Source: a bacterium (GTDB taxonomy: Bacteria > Patescibacteriota > Microgenomatia > UBA8517). From it: DNA of 64,000 nucleotides. Shown in pieces: positions 43,184-54,130 of this stretch (the stretch's first letter is position 1; each line of letters begins with the position of its first letter). Made by a program: the position numbers and the translations under genes. The DNA is taken from NCBI GenBank assembly GCA_021824915.1, contig JAKAJP010000022.1:23832-87831 (forward strand). The letters run 5' to 3'. A model generated the notes under the pieces. The model was not told the origin of the DNA, ran no database searches, and saw nothing but the letters and a program-made list of their open reading frames with translations.

Positions 43184-44168
43184 AAGAAAATTGTACGGCC
43201 CTTTGTCGTGCCAGTTGAGAAATTCTTCTTATTTCTTTTTTATTACCGGAAAGGGATCTGGCCTTTCTAATTAATTCCGAAGTACCTTTCCATAAAAAAC
43301 CATTCTCACCGTTATCAATAATCTCAGGGCTGCCGCCGCCATTAAAAACAAACGGCACCGCGCCGGCCGACATTGCTTCGACAACAGCAATACCGAAATG
43401 TTCCAGTCTCTCCGGGTGTATATTTCCATTAACTCCAAAGCCGGAAGCACTCCAATAAAACTTAGCCCTCCCGTATAAATCTTTTAATGTGTTAAAAGAA
43501 GGACTTTTGATTATCTCAATTGGATATCCTTTAGATTTTTCTTCCAATTTTTTAAGAAAATCCCCTGCCCCAACCTCTGTCCCACCAGCAAGAACCAACT
43601 TCCAATCACCAGCCTGCTCTGAAAACTTCTTGAAAGCATCAATTAAAACCTCCTGACCCTTAGATTGCAAAAGGTGCGAGAAACGTCCTATAGAAATAAT
43701 AAGATTATCTTTTCTCTTTGCCTTGAAACTAGAAATATCAACCGGAGGATAAACTACCACACTCTCAACTCCAAACTCTTTATCAATAACATTTTTAGTA
43801 AAACGCGAGTTACAAACTATCTTATTTATTCTAAAAAGTTTCATCCGATTAATGAGAGATTTACCATTAACATCATGAAACGGAACTTGAAAATGTAGAA
43901 TGTTGCGCCTTCCCTTAAGTACCGGTATTGATCCGTCAGATACCCAGAAGCAGAGATCGTAACCATCTCCCCGTTTTATGTCATTAATCACATTAACATT
44001 ATTTAATTTCAAACCAAACCTGTCACCCAACTTCTGTAATATCCCGCTACTATTCCACTCCAAATCAACTTTGAAACCGTGTGCCAAAAGAACGCGGGCG
44101 ATACCCAAAGTATAACGTTCTCCGCCTCCGAGAGTATCTAAATATGGATTATGAATTGCCGCCCGCAT
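43146..44168 (-). CDS. GT4-family glycosyltransferase (ALG11-like motifs)
   Basis: GGGERY, NSRFT, VVYPPVD, EHFGIAVVEAMSAG. Confidence 0.88.
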   Translation of the reverse strand: MRAAIHNPYLDTLGGGERYTLGIARVLLAHGFKVDLEWNSSGILQKLGDRFGLKLNNVNVINDIKRGDGYDLCFWVSDGSIPVLKGRRNILHFQVPFHDVNGKSLINRMKLFRINKIVCNSRFTKNVIDKEFGVESVVVYPPVDISSFKAKRKDNLIISIGRFSHLLQSKGQEVLIDAFKKFSEQAGDWKLVLAGGTEVGAGDFLKKLEEKSKGYPIEIIKSPSFNTLKDLYGRAKFYWSASGFGVNGNIHPERLEHFGIAVVEAMSAGAVPFVFNGGGSPEIIDNGENGFLWKGTSELIRKARSLSGNKKEIRRISQLARQRAVQFSYDKFEKEISSLL

Positions 44169-44874
44169 TTCGTATTTGTAATTCCCAAAGCTTAGCATAT
44201 GTTATCAAGCGGGAATAAACTTGATAAATTGTTTCTATAACTCCAACTTTTCCGTCCAAAAATCCCAAATGCATTACTCCTCTATACCAAAATTCTCTCA
44301 CGGCAGCTGATGCAAAACGCAAAAAATTCATCTTCGGATGGTGGGCATCATATAAAAGTTTCGCCTCAACCTCGCTCCACACATTAGTTTTATCAACCAT
44401 CTCAGTCAAACTCCTATGGCTTCTATGAATTAAGGGTTCATTGAGATGACAAATCTCCCCTACAATTTTCGGCTGTTCATGAAGTTCCCCGTACCAACCT
44501 TTAAGTTTATCTTTCTTTATCAATCTCAATACATAATCGGGCCACCAGCCTCCCCAACGCATTTCATGACCAAGAAAAATATTCCGCCTGGGAATCGCGT
44601 ATCCGGAAAATTCATCAGAGCTTATTACCTGCAAAATCCTACTTTTAAGTTCGGGGGTAATTTCTTCGTCTGTATCAACATATAAAAGCCAGTCACCGCC
44701 GGCCATTTTTGCTCCCGCATTCCTCCACTCCGCAAATCCGCCTTTAATGTTCTTTGTTTCGACTTTTATCACCTCGTCACACCACGAAACCGAATCTAAA
44801 CACTTCTTCAGAAGGTTTTTGTCATAATTTCCTCCAATTAAAATTACTACCGAGATCTTCACCTTTTTGCCCAC
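44149..44874 (-). CDS. GT2 glycosyltransferase (beta-1,4-glucosyltransferase-like)
   Basis: VDTDEE, WWPD..RL, LHEQ, GFLDG. Confidence 0.85.
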   Translation of the reverse strand: MGKKVKISVVILIGGNYDKNLLKKCLDSVSWCDEVIKVETKNIKGGFAEWRNAGAKMAGGDWLLYVDTDEEITPELKSRILQVISSDEFSGYAIPRRNIFLGHEMRWGGWWPDYVLRLIKKDKLKGWYGELHEQPKIVGEICHLNEPLIHRSHRSLTEMVDKTNVWSEVEAKLLYDAHHPKMNFLRFASAAVREFWYRGVMHLGFLDGKVGVIETIYQVYSRLITYAKLWELQIRNAGGNS

Positions 44875-45797
44875 TGACCCATTCCCTTTCTACACAAAAG
44901 TGCATCAATTGCTCCCCATTTCTGCCAAGTTCTGCCGGCAAAAATAAGTCGGATAGTATCCCTTAAAACCGCGAGTTTTGTCCGAAAGGGAGAATATCTA
45001 ATCGCATAGTAAAACCTATTTCTGGTTAAAAAGTAATCGTTAGTCGGACTACCGCTTCCACCGGTGGAGGCAGAAACTTTATGCCACATCCACGTACCCG
45101 GAAAATACATTACCTTGAAGCCAGCCCGTTTTGCCCGTTCGCTAAAATCGGCATCCTCCCAATACAAAAAGAAAGAGCTATCAAGGAGACCAATTTTCTT
45201 GAAAACTTCGCTACGAATTATCACCACCGCCCCGTTCGCAAAATCCGTTTCGATGGTTTCGTCATATTGTCCGTGATCTACTTCATCAACACCCCGGTGA
45301 ACTGAATAAACATTCTTCCTATCAATTATCCCCCCGGCATACCATATGACTTTCCCTTTTTCTGATTCTTTATACTTATCTTTGTGAAATTCATATCCTT
45401 TAGCAAAATACATTTTGGGGGATGCAACACCGACGTCGGGACTGCCTTCCATATAATCAACAAGTTTTACAATGATATCTTTCGGTAAAATTAAATCGTT
45501 ATTCATTAAAATTATGTAATCAATTCCCCTTCGTAATGCGTCCTTAATTCCAATATTATTTCCACCGGCAAAACCGAGGTTTGCCCCACTCTGAATAAAC
45601 TTATATTTCATATTTGGCAATTTGTAATTTTTAATCGCCCGTTCTGTTCCATCGTGACTGCCGTTATCAACAACAAGGCATTCAACATCAACACTTCTTA
45701 CATCCAGTTTGGCAACATCAACCAGTTGTTCTTTTGTCATTGCAAGAGCATTTGTAGTTAAAATTATTATTGATACGCTAGGAGTTTTTTTGAACAT
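44859..45797 (-). CDS. GT2 glycosyltransferase
   Basis: VDNGSHD, NLGFAGGNN, MNND, FFLYWEDAD, WHKVSAS. Confidence 0.88.
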   Translation of the reverse strand: MFKKTPSVSIIILTTNALAMTKEQLVDVAKLDVRSVDVECLVVDNGSHDGTERAIKNYKLPNMKYKFIQSGANLGFAGGNNIGIKDALRRGIDYIILMNNDLILPKDIIVKLVDYMEGSPDVGVASPKMYFAKGYEFHKDKYKESEKGKVIWYAGGIIDRKNVYSVHRGVDEVDHGQYDETIETDFANGAVVIIRSEVFKKIGLLDSSFFLYWEDADFSERAKRAGFKVMYFPGTWMWHKVSASTGGSGSPTNDYFLTRNRFYYAIRYSPFRTKLAVLRDTIRLIFAGRTWQKWGAIDALLCRKGMGQWAKR

Positions 45798-45800
45798 AGA

Positions 45801-46697
45801 CTAGAGGCCAAACTTCTTCTTAATCCGGTAAGAAATATTTTTTGTTTCTTTATAAAGGGCGTCGTTTTGCCAAAAACGAAATTCTTTTTCCTTTTTGCCA
45901 ATTTCAACGACAACCTCCGTTAAACCAATATTCTCCTCCTTAAATTTATTTTTTTGCCAGAGCTTTACATACGTAATGAGTTCAGAAAAAGCTTGCAAAA
46001 GAGAAAGCGAAAAACCGTGAAGTCCATCTTTATACCCCTCTCCGGTGAAATATCGGTTAATAAACTCTCTCATCGGTTTATTAATAAAGTCCTGCCAACC
46101 AAATTTATAATCACCCCTTGCCAGTAGATCCGCCTGAACAGAAGTATATCTATTCAATTTTTCGAGGTATTGCTCAATAGAATCATAATTATGATGAAGT
46201 ATCGCCAGATCTTCTTTTGTCGGAATGTCAAAACCAACTCCGGTAACCATCGGGACGGAATGAATAACTTCAGACCAACTGACTTTTCCTTTCTTAAAAA
46301 GTCTTGTTTGATAATCCGGCCACCAAAGGGTGTGATTAATCCACTTGCCAAAAATTATATTTTTCCTAGGGATTCGGTAAAAATCAGCTTTTGGACTTTT
46401 CAAAATTTCCTTAATTTTTTTGGAAAGCGCACTGGTAATCTCTTCATCGGGGTCCAAAACTAAAATCCAATCCCCAGCTGCTTTCCCAATAGCAAAGTTT
46501 CTGGCCAGTTCAACATAACGCACACTTTTATACTTAAAAACTTTTGCGCCCAAGTTTTTTGCAACCTCTCCCGTTTTATCAGTTGAGCCTTGATCAATCA
46601 CTACAATTTCGTCAGCAAGATTTTTAATTGAGGCAATCGCGCGTAATAAGTCAGGTTCCACATTCTGAGCATTAATAACTACCGATAGCTTCGCCAT
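45801..46697 (-). CDS. GT2 glycosyltransferase (beta-1,4-glucosyltransferase-like)
   Basis: DQGSTD, LDPDEE, WWPDYQTRLF, KLNRYT, GYKDG. Confidence 0.87.
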   Translation of the reverse strand: MAKLSVVINAQNVEPDLLRAIASIKNLADEIVVIDQGSTDKTGEVAKNLGAKVFKYKSVRYVELARNFAIGKAAGDWILVLDPDEEITSALSKKIKEILKSPKADFYRIPRKNIIFGKWINHTLWWPDYQTRLFKKGKVSWSEVIHSVPMVTGVGFDIPTKEDLAILHHNYDSIEQYLEKLNRYTSVQADLLARGDYKFGWQDFINKPMREFINRYFTGEGYKDGLHGFSLSLLQAFSELITYVKLWQKNKFKEENIGLTEVVVEIGKKEKEFRFWQNDALYKETKNISYRIKKKFGL

Positions 46698-46699
46698 AT

Positions 46700-48361
46700 T
46701 TATGATTCTACCATGAAAATATCCACTTCTTTATTTTCAAAGATTTTAATTAATCCCAGCTGTCCCTCACCAAAGAATGCTCTTTGGCCTTTTAACCAAT
46801 AGACATATTTTATATGGTTTTCCTTCAAAAATTCCCTTGCCTTCGCTTGATCTTTTTCTTTATACCAGTTCTCGACTTCAGACTTTCTCTCCCTCCAGTT
46901 ATAACCAGTTATATCTAAATTGATCTCATCTTCCAAAAATGTTGGATGACTACTTATGGCGGAAACGTAAGCCGTTGACGCGTATAAATACAGCGGTCTC
47001 GGAGGACTACCCTCTGCCTCCTTTGCCTTCGTCTCATCAAATGGATATGTTAAGACAATTCCGTCAGGTTGTTTTCTCAAAAAATTCAGTGCGGAAAGTT
47101 CTTCACCATCTAATTTTGCCGGAGGTCGAGACGGCAAATAGACATCCTTCAAAGTAAAAATTGTGATTGGAATGGTGGCCAGTACTATTAACGTTGCGAC
47201 CAACCTGTTCCTAATCCTCGAGGCCGCAACCCCAGCTAGAATCGCCGAAAAGAATAGAGAATAATAGAAAAATTGAATTGTGTTCCACGGTGTGCCCTTT
47301 TGTAAAAAAAACATCGGGATTGCCCCACCGGCGATAATTACCGAGGCAACAAAAACTTCAATCCAGCTAAGATTCTTAAGATTTTTAATCCACCTAAAAA
47401 TCTCAGCTTCTTTAAGAATCCTAGTTCCCATATTTCCCACCCAAAAGATAGCAAAGGCAAGAGAGTAGGCAAGTATTTCCTTAACCCATACATGACCGGC
47501 TTTATAGGTCGTCATTGCTGAATAAAACTTAAGCCAGCCCACTCTATCAGTTAAACCCATCATTGTTTCCAAAAACCAAAATGGCTGCCAGACGACTAGT
47601 CCGACTGAAGATTTATTAAGTGGTAGATAAATCGTTAGCGAGATAGCAAGTGATCCAAAAAAAACTAAAAGATGATCGAACTTTTTTTGTTTAATTAATT
47701 GATAGATCCCGCTGACAAAAAGTGCTCCTAAAGATAAAATTCCCGCATATGCTTTTACTTCAATCAAAATTCCAAAAAAAATCGCCGCCAAGACAAGTTT
47801 TCGTCTTTGAAGAAAAATCAATCCAGAAAGAATAAAGATCAGAGATAGTGCAAACGGTGGATTAATAAGCGTCGATATCGCCTGCTGGGACCAAAATGTC
47901 GATTCACCTCTACCAATCAGATAACCGAAACTACCTCCAAAATAAACGAAGAAAACCGCCCAGAGGCTCGCCTTTTCGGACCTCGTCCAGTCTAAAACAA
48001 AAATGTAACTTAAATAACCAATAAAAAAAGCAAAAATCGGTGGCAAAATCTGAAAATAAATATTAACAACTGGTATAGCGGTAATTTTATTTAATAGCGT
48101 TAAAAGCAAATCAAAACCAATATGATAATTTTGCAAGGAACTACCAGTAAACACCGGCATTGTTAGCGACCACCTACCCAAACTCTCGGCCAGCGCAATG
48201 TGCCAAATTGCGTCATGTCCATTTGCCCCCCAAAAACCCATCCCGAAAGAATAGATCAAACCACTTTTGACCATTGTCAACGACCAGACAATAGATCCGG
48301 TTATGATCAAAGACCAAAGTTCAACTCTTTCCCAAAATTGTTTTGAAGCTTCTTTTAGCAT
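46700..48361 (-). CDS. Polytopic membrane protein, probable GT-C
   Basis: HDAIWHIAL loop after TM1, NYH, many TMs and a C-terminal soluble alpha/beta domain. Confidence 0.6.
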   Translation of the reverse strand: MLKEASKQFWERVELWSLIITGSIVWSLTMVKSGLIYSFGMGFWGANGHDAIWHIALAESLGRWSLTMPVFTGSSLQNYHIGFDLLLTLLNKITAIPVVNIYFQILPPIFAFFIGYLSYIFVLDWTRSEKASLWAVFFVYFGGSFGYLIGRGESTFWSQQAISTLINPPFALSLIFILSGLIFLQRRKLVLAAIFFGILIEVKAYAGILSLGALFVSGIYQLIKQKKFDHLLVFFGSLAISLTIYLPLNKSSVGLVVWQPFWFLETMMGLTDRVGWLKFYSAMTTYKAGHVWVKEILAYSLAFAIFWVGNMGTRILKEAEIFRWIKNLKNLSWIEVFVASVIIAGGAIPMFFLQKGTPWNTIQFFYYSLFFSAILAGVAASRIRNRLVATLIVLATIPITIFTLKDVYLPSRPPAKLDGEELSALNFLRKQPDGIVLTYPFDETKAKEAEGSPPRPLYLYASTAYVSAISSHPTFLEDEINLDITGYNWRERKSEVENWYKEKDQAKAREFLKENHIKYVYWLKGQRAFFGEGQLGLIKIFENKEVDIFMVES

Positions 48362-49814
48362 CCTCTATTAAACTGACTCCCATCATTGCAATCATCAAAA
48401 CCGCGTAGGCAACAATACCGATTACAACTAAAACTTCTAACGAATAAACACTTTCGGGGAGGACCCTTCTCATTATCAAAAGCATAACCCCCATGAGTAG
48501 AGCCCCCAAGGCCGGCTTAATAATAGAATCCGTTATTGAAAAATTAACAAAACGTTTTGCGATTGCAATTGCAATAACAGATGAGGCCCCAACCAAAGCA
48601 TACCCGGCTGCGGCTCCATTAACTCCAAATTTTACCGATGAAATCGGAATTATTAGCCATGTAAGGACGGTCCACATAATCATTAAATAAAAAGTAATTT
48701 TTATCTTTCCGATTGCATTAAGAAGATTTGTAAGCTGGGTTGTTGCCGCAGCAAAGATAAAATTGATCGAAATAAAAACAACGGGGATTATTGCCGGATT
48801 CCATTGACCATATCGCGGAATAACATTGACCAAAACCGGAGTCAAGATTGCAATTCCCACTAAGCTTGGAAAAACTAAAAAGCAAATAAAAAATATCGAT
48901 CGGGTTACGCTTCGTGCTAAATCTTCACCTTTATCCTGCATTCTTGAAAAGGCAGGAAAAGTTACGCGTGTTACGGTATCCATAAAAAATGTTAAAGGAT
49001 AACGCGCAATTTTTTGGGCGAAAGAAAGTATGCCAATCCCAGCTGGACCTAAAATTCCGCCCAAGATCAGGGTCATACCATCGTCTTTGAATGTGGCAAG
49101 TAAGGTGTTCACCTGATAAGGGATCCCAAACTTGAATAGACCGGATAAGGTTTTTCTGGAAAACGCCAATCCCGGAACCCATGGCTGCAAGATGTAAATT
49201 GCAACCAAACCGACGATGCTTCGAAGCGCAATTGCGATTGAAAAGCTCGATATTCCAAAACCCTTCATCGCAAAAACCACAAGTGTAAGGTTGTATACCA
49301 GCTGCTCCAAGATTTGTGGAAAAACAAGTTTCACAAATTCAAGTTTCCTCTCCAAAAGCACCGATGGAATACTTTTAAGGGATGAGAATAAAAGTGAAAA
49401 ACTCAAAACATAAAGCAATACCCGTCCATCTGCATGAAGACCATATTTTTGGCTAAAAAATGGTGCCAAAATAAAAACAACCGCAATTATCGCCAAGACC
49501 AAAATTTGTTGAACAGTGAAAGTTGTCCTCAAGTCCGTCTCGGTGGGTTTTTCTTTCTTTTGTATTAAAGCGGCCGCCAAACCAATATCAGAAAAATAAA
49601 CCAAAAAATTGATAATTGCCGATACAATTGCAAAAACACCAAATTCATACTTACCAAGATATGCGAATAAAAAAAGCTGGGCAACAAGACCTATAACCTG
49701 AAGAATAAATGTCCGGCCAGTTAGAACAACCACCCCACGTACCGATCTTTCCTTCACAGTTTCAAGAGAAATTTCACTTCCGGGATCAAGATGTTCCTGA
49801 TTTAACTCATCCAC
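48321..49814 (-). CDS. Wzx (WzxC-like) oligosaccharide flippase
   Basis: DIGLAAALIQ, LERKLEF, VTFPAFSRMQ, ~12-14 TMs. GTG start after TACAAT-N6. Confidence 0.85.
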   Translation of the reverse strand: MDELNQEHLDPGSEISLETVKERSVRGVVVLTGRTFILQVIGLVAQLFLFAYLGKYEFGVFAIVSAIINFLVYFSDIGLAAALIQKKEKPTETDLRTTFTVQQILVLAIIAVVFILAPFFSQKYGLHADGRVLLYVLSFSLLFSSLKSIPSVLLERKLEFVKLVFPQILEQLVYNLTLVVFAMKGFGISSFSIAIALRSIVGLVAIYILQPWVPGLAFSRKTLSGLFKFGIPYQVNTLLATFKDDGMTLILGGILGPAGIGILSFAQKIARYPLTFFMDTVTRVTFPAFSRMQDKGEDLARSVTRSIFFICFLVFPSLVGIAILTPVLVNVIPRYGQWNPAIIPVVFISINFIFAAATTQLTNLLNAIGKIKITFYLMIMWTVLTWLIIPISSVKFGVNGAAAGYALVGASSVIAIAIAKRFVNFSITDSIIKPALGALLMGVMLLIMRRVLPESVYSLEVLVVIGIVAYAVLMIAMMGVSLIEDAKRSFKTILGKS

Positions 49815-51534
49815 GCCTAAATTGTACCATGCGGAGCCTACGCATTGCGAAGGCAAGAAGACTAATCCACGTTAAGAGAGAAATGATATTGGCAACACTC
49901 CGTAGTGGTGTATTATACAGCCTCAAAGTAATAATGTGCCGACCGGCCGCCACATCTATATACATCCTTCCCCACGCTTCGCTTTCGGGTACATAATTTT
50001 TGACCTCCTTACCGTCAATATAGGTTTTCCAAACCGGGTATTGAAAAATACCGACCCTAATAGTTGAAGCTGAATCTGCATTTATATTAAAACTCGCCCA
50101 GTTAGTCCCCTCTTTCGGACTTTCGACACTTCCCTTACCAGTCATGAATTCTGCTAATAATTTTTGTCCCTCTTTGGGATTTTCTCGGGCCGCTTGCGGC
50201 AAGTAGTCAAAAATTCCGGCGGTGCGTTGCAAATCCCAAGCTGCGCCACTAAATTTCTGTGTATCGGTTAGCGGTCCCATCTTGCCTCCCTGTGGCAAAA
50301 AATAATTCCAATTCCAAACAATCAACCCAACCAAGACAATGGGGGCAATAAATTTAATTATCTTGTTTGGAAAAAGTATAACAACCGATCCTGCAATAAA
50401 TGAAAAACAAAGAATAACTATTGTTAAAAATCTCCAAGGAAACTGAACGAAGGCAAGAGGGCTAAAAAGCTTCCAGATAAAAGTTGATTTCTCATGAGCC
50501 ATAAAAGCCGCAAACCAGCCGGCAAGAAAAATGTAGAGTATTGTAAAAAGTGTTTGCCTACTCAGTTTAGATTTATTCTTACCTAAAAACATTGCGACAA
50601 CGACAATTCCTATCAGAATTGAAAGTATCCAATGAATATGACCTATTTGAAACGACATTCCATCATTTATACCCCAAACCGAAGGCCCATATCCCCAAAA
50701 TCTGGAAAATAAAAGCTGGTTAATTGTTGCAAAGTGGGCAATATATTCGTAATAACCCTTGACCAGAGTATCAACGTGTACATACTTTTGCTCGAAGGCT
50801 GCGGGTAACTTGAAGAAGGCAGACAATCCTGCAGCAAGTAGTCCTGCTTTAAGTAACTCCCAAATCTTTTTCCATCCTTTAGCCTTCAACCAGAAAAGAA
50901 GACACCAGCCGGCAAAAACCGGCGTAAAAATAAGAACCATCAAATTGTGAGATAAAAGAAGTCCGGTCCAAGAAAGACCAAGGGCAATAATCCATCTCGT
51001 AGTTTTACTCTTTTGAACTATCAATTTATATGAAGTCAGAAGTATTAATGGGAACCATATTAACGCCCAACTTTCGTTCATCGCTCCCCTAACGTAAGCA
51101 TCGACCGAATGATACGGAGCCCAAACATAAAAAACTGATGAAACCACACCACCCCATTTTCCAAAAAATTCTTTTGCAAGGTAGTACATTGTTAATCCCG
51201 ATGCCATAAAAGCCAGCAAGAATAAAATTTTTGCCGTATCAACAAAAGAAAAATGAGCAATTCTAAAAAGTTCACCAACTAAATACGGAAGTGGCGGATA
51301 GTAATTAAAAAGAGGAAAACCGAATCCATAACCCATATCCGGAACCCAGCGGCATGGGATTTGTCCATCCAAAAAACATTTTTCCATTTCTAGCTGGCGC
51401 ATCATTTGCAAGTCATCGTGCATGTTGAAGTATCCGGGTGTTAAGAATGTTCTTCCGGCTAAAATCGCCGAAATCAAAACTATTAGAAGTGGCCAAAAAT
51501 TAGAACTTGAAACAATTTTCTTCAAAAATTTCAT
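49807..51534 (-). CDS. PTPS-related/YfhO-like GT-C membrane protein
   Basis: HDD, QIPCRWVPDMGYGFGFPLFNYYPP, VRGAMNE, QFPWRFL, YPVWKTYIDG. Confidence 0.75.
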   Translation of the reverse strand: MKFLKKIVSSSNFWPLLIVLISAILAGRTFLTPGYFNMHDDLQMMRQLEMEKCFLDGQIPCRWVPDMGYGFGFPLFNYYPPLPYLVGELFRIAHFSFVDTAKILFLLAFMASGLTMYYLAKEFFGKWGGVVSSVFYVWAPYHSVDAYVRGAMNESWALIWFPLILLTSYKLIVQKSKTTRWIIALGLSWTGLLLSHNLMVLIFTPVFAGWCLLFWLKAKGWKKIWELLKAGLLAAGLSAFFKLPAAFEQKYVHVDTLVKGYYEYIAHFATINQLLFSRFWGYGPSVWGINDGMSFQIGHIHWILSILIGIVVVAMFLGKNKSKLSRQTLFTILYIFLAGWFAAFMAHEKSTFIWKLFSPLAFVQFPWRFLTIVILCFSFIAGSVVILFPNKIIKFIAPIVLVGLIVWNWNYFLPQGGKMGPLTDTQKFSGAAWDLQRTAGIFDYLPQAARENPKEGQKLLAEFMTGKGSVESPKEGTNWASFNINADSASTIRVGIFQYPVWKTYIDGKEVKNYVPESEAWGRMYIDVAAGRHIITLRLYNTPLRSVANIISLLTWISLLAFAMRRLRMVQFRRG

Positions 51535-51606
51535 TTTTCGGTAGGTTTAATTATGAACTAATTTCAGAATTATTCATATAATCTGGCGTTAGCCCTCAAA
51601 ACGAGG

Positions 51607-53190
51607 CTAAATGCCGAGCTTTGAAGGAGATTCTATTTCAAAAAAGTAGAAAGTGTCAAATGGTCCATACCATTTATACTCATGGGTATCTTTCTCACGC
51701 CTGTCAGCTTTTTTATAAGTTGCAACAACTTTCAGACCTTTTGAGCTAAAATCCCCAGGTTTAATTTTTAACCTTGAACTATTCACAACCAAATAAGTTT
51801 TTGTGCCAGAATTAAAGGAAACCTTGAGTTCGTTTGGTACGTCGTTAAAGTCCAAACCCGTTCCTATAACGGTAACATTGGGGATGTTATTCAAATATAT
51901 TTGAAGTCCATCAGGCAAAGTTCCAAAGTATCCTTCTGTCCCGACAACTATTTTTTCATTCGGATTGGCTATATGCTCGTTCTTAATAAAACTAGCCACT
52001 TCGTAGATCCCCGTCCCCGCCGTCCATTCTTCCAAATACCCACTTCGCTCGCTGCTTGGTAAATTGGCTTTATCGGGATTTGTTAACAATCTGCAATCAA
52101 AAAAGATCGCGGTTCCGGCAAAAATAACCAAGAAAACATAATATAAGATTTTTATATATCTATTCTTATTCAAAGATCCTAGCCCCGAAATTATAAAAAC
52201 TGGAGGAAGTGTATAAAGAATATAACGGACGGTAAAAACTTTTGCATATTCACTTTGAACCAAGACCGGAAATAAAAACCAGGCAGTCAAAAGTAACAGT
52301 TCTTTCCAATATTTTTTGAGTCCGGCAAGATATCCAAGTAACCAAATAAACAAAATCGGCCAAGGCCCCATTTTGATAAACCAGTCCTTAAAAATTTCTT
52401 CAATATGAAAAATAAAAGGATCTTTGGGATTGAGCCATAGGTGACTAATCGGAAAGACGTAGTCCTCATTCCTGCTTGAAATTAAATTAAAATTCGGGCC
52501 AAGCCGCAAAATATTATAAAGTCCGTAAGCAATTAAATATGTCGGAATTAAAAGGATGGAAAGATGAAATAAATGTGATAAAAGTTTCTTTTTGTCTTTT
52601 GGGCAGTCGGACAAAATCCAAACGGTTGGGACAAGAAGCGACATAAAAAGTGCTGGAGTTTTAGTCAAAAGCGCACCCCCTAAAGCAAAACCCGTTATCA
52701 TTGCAAAATCAAGTCTTTTTGTTTTTGCAGTTAAAATTGCAAAAAATAAAGTCCAGACTCCGAACATTGCAAGAAACGAATCAACCAGGCTTAACCTGTC
52801 AAAAAAGAAAGAAAATGGAGATAAAACATAAATTAGAGAAGCAATTAGGGATGCAATTTTATTTTTGAAAAGCAAATAGGATACTGCAAAAACTCCGATC
52901 ATTGTTCCAAACCCAGAAGCAACCGAAAGGAGGCGCCCCGCAACTAAAGGATCGCTCATTCGTCTGACATAAAACATTAAAATCCACATAAAAAGAGGTT
53001 GTTTCCCGTCAGAAAGAGGCAAAAATCGTAGAGTTGATTCCGCCGACATTATTTGACTCCAGCGGATATAAATTGCCTCATCTGCAAAAACGGGCAAGAT
53101 TGTTAAATGATAAAGACGGACAAAATAAAGAAGAACAATCCCTAACCCCACCAAAATATAAATCCAATTAACTCTGACGAATTTTCTCAC
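51607..53190 (-). CDS. GT-C membrane glycosyltransferase (ArnT/PMT_2-like)
   Basis: VFADEAIYIRW, DGKQPLF, DRLSLVD, ALLTK. Confidence 0.78.
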   Translation of the reverse strand: MRKFVRVNWIYILVGLGIVLLYFVRLYHLTILPVFADEAIYIRWSQIMSAESTLRFLPLSDGKQPLFMWILMFYVRRMSDPLVAGRLLSVASGFGTMIGVFAVSYLLFKNKIASLIASLIYVLSPFSFFFDRLSLVDSFLAMFGVWTLFFAILTAKTKRLDFAMITGFALGGALLTKTPALFMSLLVPTVWILSDCPKDKKKLLSHLFHLSILLIPTYLIAYGLYNILRLGPNFNLISSRNEDYVFPISHLWLNPKDPFIFHIEEIFKDWFIKMGPWPILFIWLLGYLAGLKKYWKELLLLTAWFLFPVLVQSEYAKVFTVRYILYTLPPVFIISGLGSLNKNRYIKILYYVFLVIFAGTAIFFDCRLLTNPDKANLPSSERSGYLEEWTAGTGIYEVASFIKNEHIANPNEKIVVGTEGYFGTLPDGLQIYLNNIPNVTVIGTGLDFNDVPNELKVSFNSGTKTYLVVNSSRLKIKPGDFSSKGLKVVATYKKADRREKDTHEYKWYGPFDTFYFFEIESPSKLGI

Positions 53191-53229
53191 ATCTCAATTC
53201 TAACCCGAACCAATTTTTGAAGCAATAAA

Positions 53230-53883
53230 TCAAAGAGTTGCGGATGTATCTCCATAGATAGTTTGTGAAGCAATATTTGAAAATAGAAAAGGAGCCGACC
53301 TACTTTCTGATTCAGAGGCCGCACTTGATAACGATCTAAAGAGGGCTTTTCTCATTTCAAATCTCGATCTTTTATCGGCATCCGCAACCGAGTGTCCCTT
53401 TATTAAAGTCGTGGCTACAAGGTTTGACGGCTCCAAAAACATTCTTGCTATCGGATCCAAGTAGGGTCTCGTAATATAATCTGTATCAATTAAGAAAACA
53501 AAATCTCGCGAATAACCAATAAATGCTTTCGCTCCGCCATGTGTAACCACCTTTTTGCCAAAAAATACTGCACTTCTACAACTCCTGGAATAAAGAACTT
53601 TACCATCTAATTTTTTAGAAATTATACTCTGGTCATCTAACAAAACCTCATCATTATATCCGGCAATTACGTCTTCTGAACCGTGGCCATTTAGAAAAAT
53701 AAACCCAGGATCATTTGATCTTAAGTAACTCTCAAAATATTTTCTATTAGCTTTTTTACTTTCAAGATCCAAGACTTTGAAATCATGTTTGACTGCTATA
53801 TCCAAAACTGGTTTACTCCAGTAATACAAATAATCAGTTGTAGAGTCGTGATTGGGCCGCGTAACTAAAAGGGTTTTATTCAT
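53230..53883 (-). CDS. Putative clan CD (caspase/gingipain/CHAT-fold) cysteine protease
   Basis: FIFLNGHG (H67), VLYSRSC (C102), AFIGY and C-terminal IYGD. No signal peptide. Confidence 0.62.
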   Translation of the reverse strand: MNKTLLVTRPNHDSTTDYLYYWSKPVLDIAVKHDFKVLDLESKKANRKYFESYLRSNDPGFIFLNGHGSEDVIAGYNDEVLLDDQSIISKKLDGKVLYSRSCRSAVFFGKKVVTHGGAKAFIGYSRDFVFLIDTDYITRPYLDPIARMFLEPSNLVATTLIKGHSVADADKRSRFEMRKALFRSLSSAASESESRSAPFLFSNIASQTIYGDTSATL

Positions 53884-54130
53884 CCTGAAAGATTTTTCCG
53901 CTAGTTAACTCTTTCAGAAACTGAAGCTGTATCTCCGCCATCTGTTTCCCAACATCATCACCTTTTTGAACATGACTCATTATTTCTTCTTTTGTATACT
54001 CACTACCACCAACCGATATCTGTAGATTTGAGGGAATCGATTTTATTCTCTCAACCACTAGTTGTTTCAACTCTTCAGAAAACTCGAATTTATCTTCCTC
54101 CGTTTTAGTCGCTTGAGAATTATTGTCCAT
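53876..54130 (-). CDS. Small hypothetical protein (84 aa), operonic with the protease
   Basis: Overlaps both neighbours. Natural-looking charged sequence, similar to the upstream 67-aa ORF. Confidence 0.7.
   Translation of the reverse strand: MDNNSQATKTEEDKFEFSEELKQLVVERIKSIPSNLQISVGGSEYTKEEIMSHVQKGDDVGKQMAEIQLQFLKELTSGKIFQDE

Noticed and set aside
29261-51534. Pterin biosynthesis implied by the family name 'PTPS-related'
   Set aside because: These are polytopic membrane proteins with GT-C/YfhO features and no T-fold PTPS motifs, so the name is misleading.
51589-51610. Hairpin TTAGCCCTC-AAAAC-GAGGCTAA at the end of the 51607 gene
   Set aside because: The stem is bulged, overlaps the stop codon and has no U-tract, so it is too weak to call a terminator.
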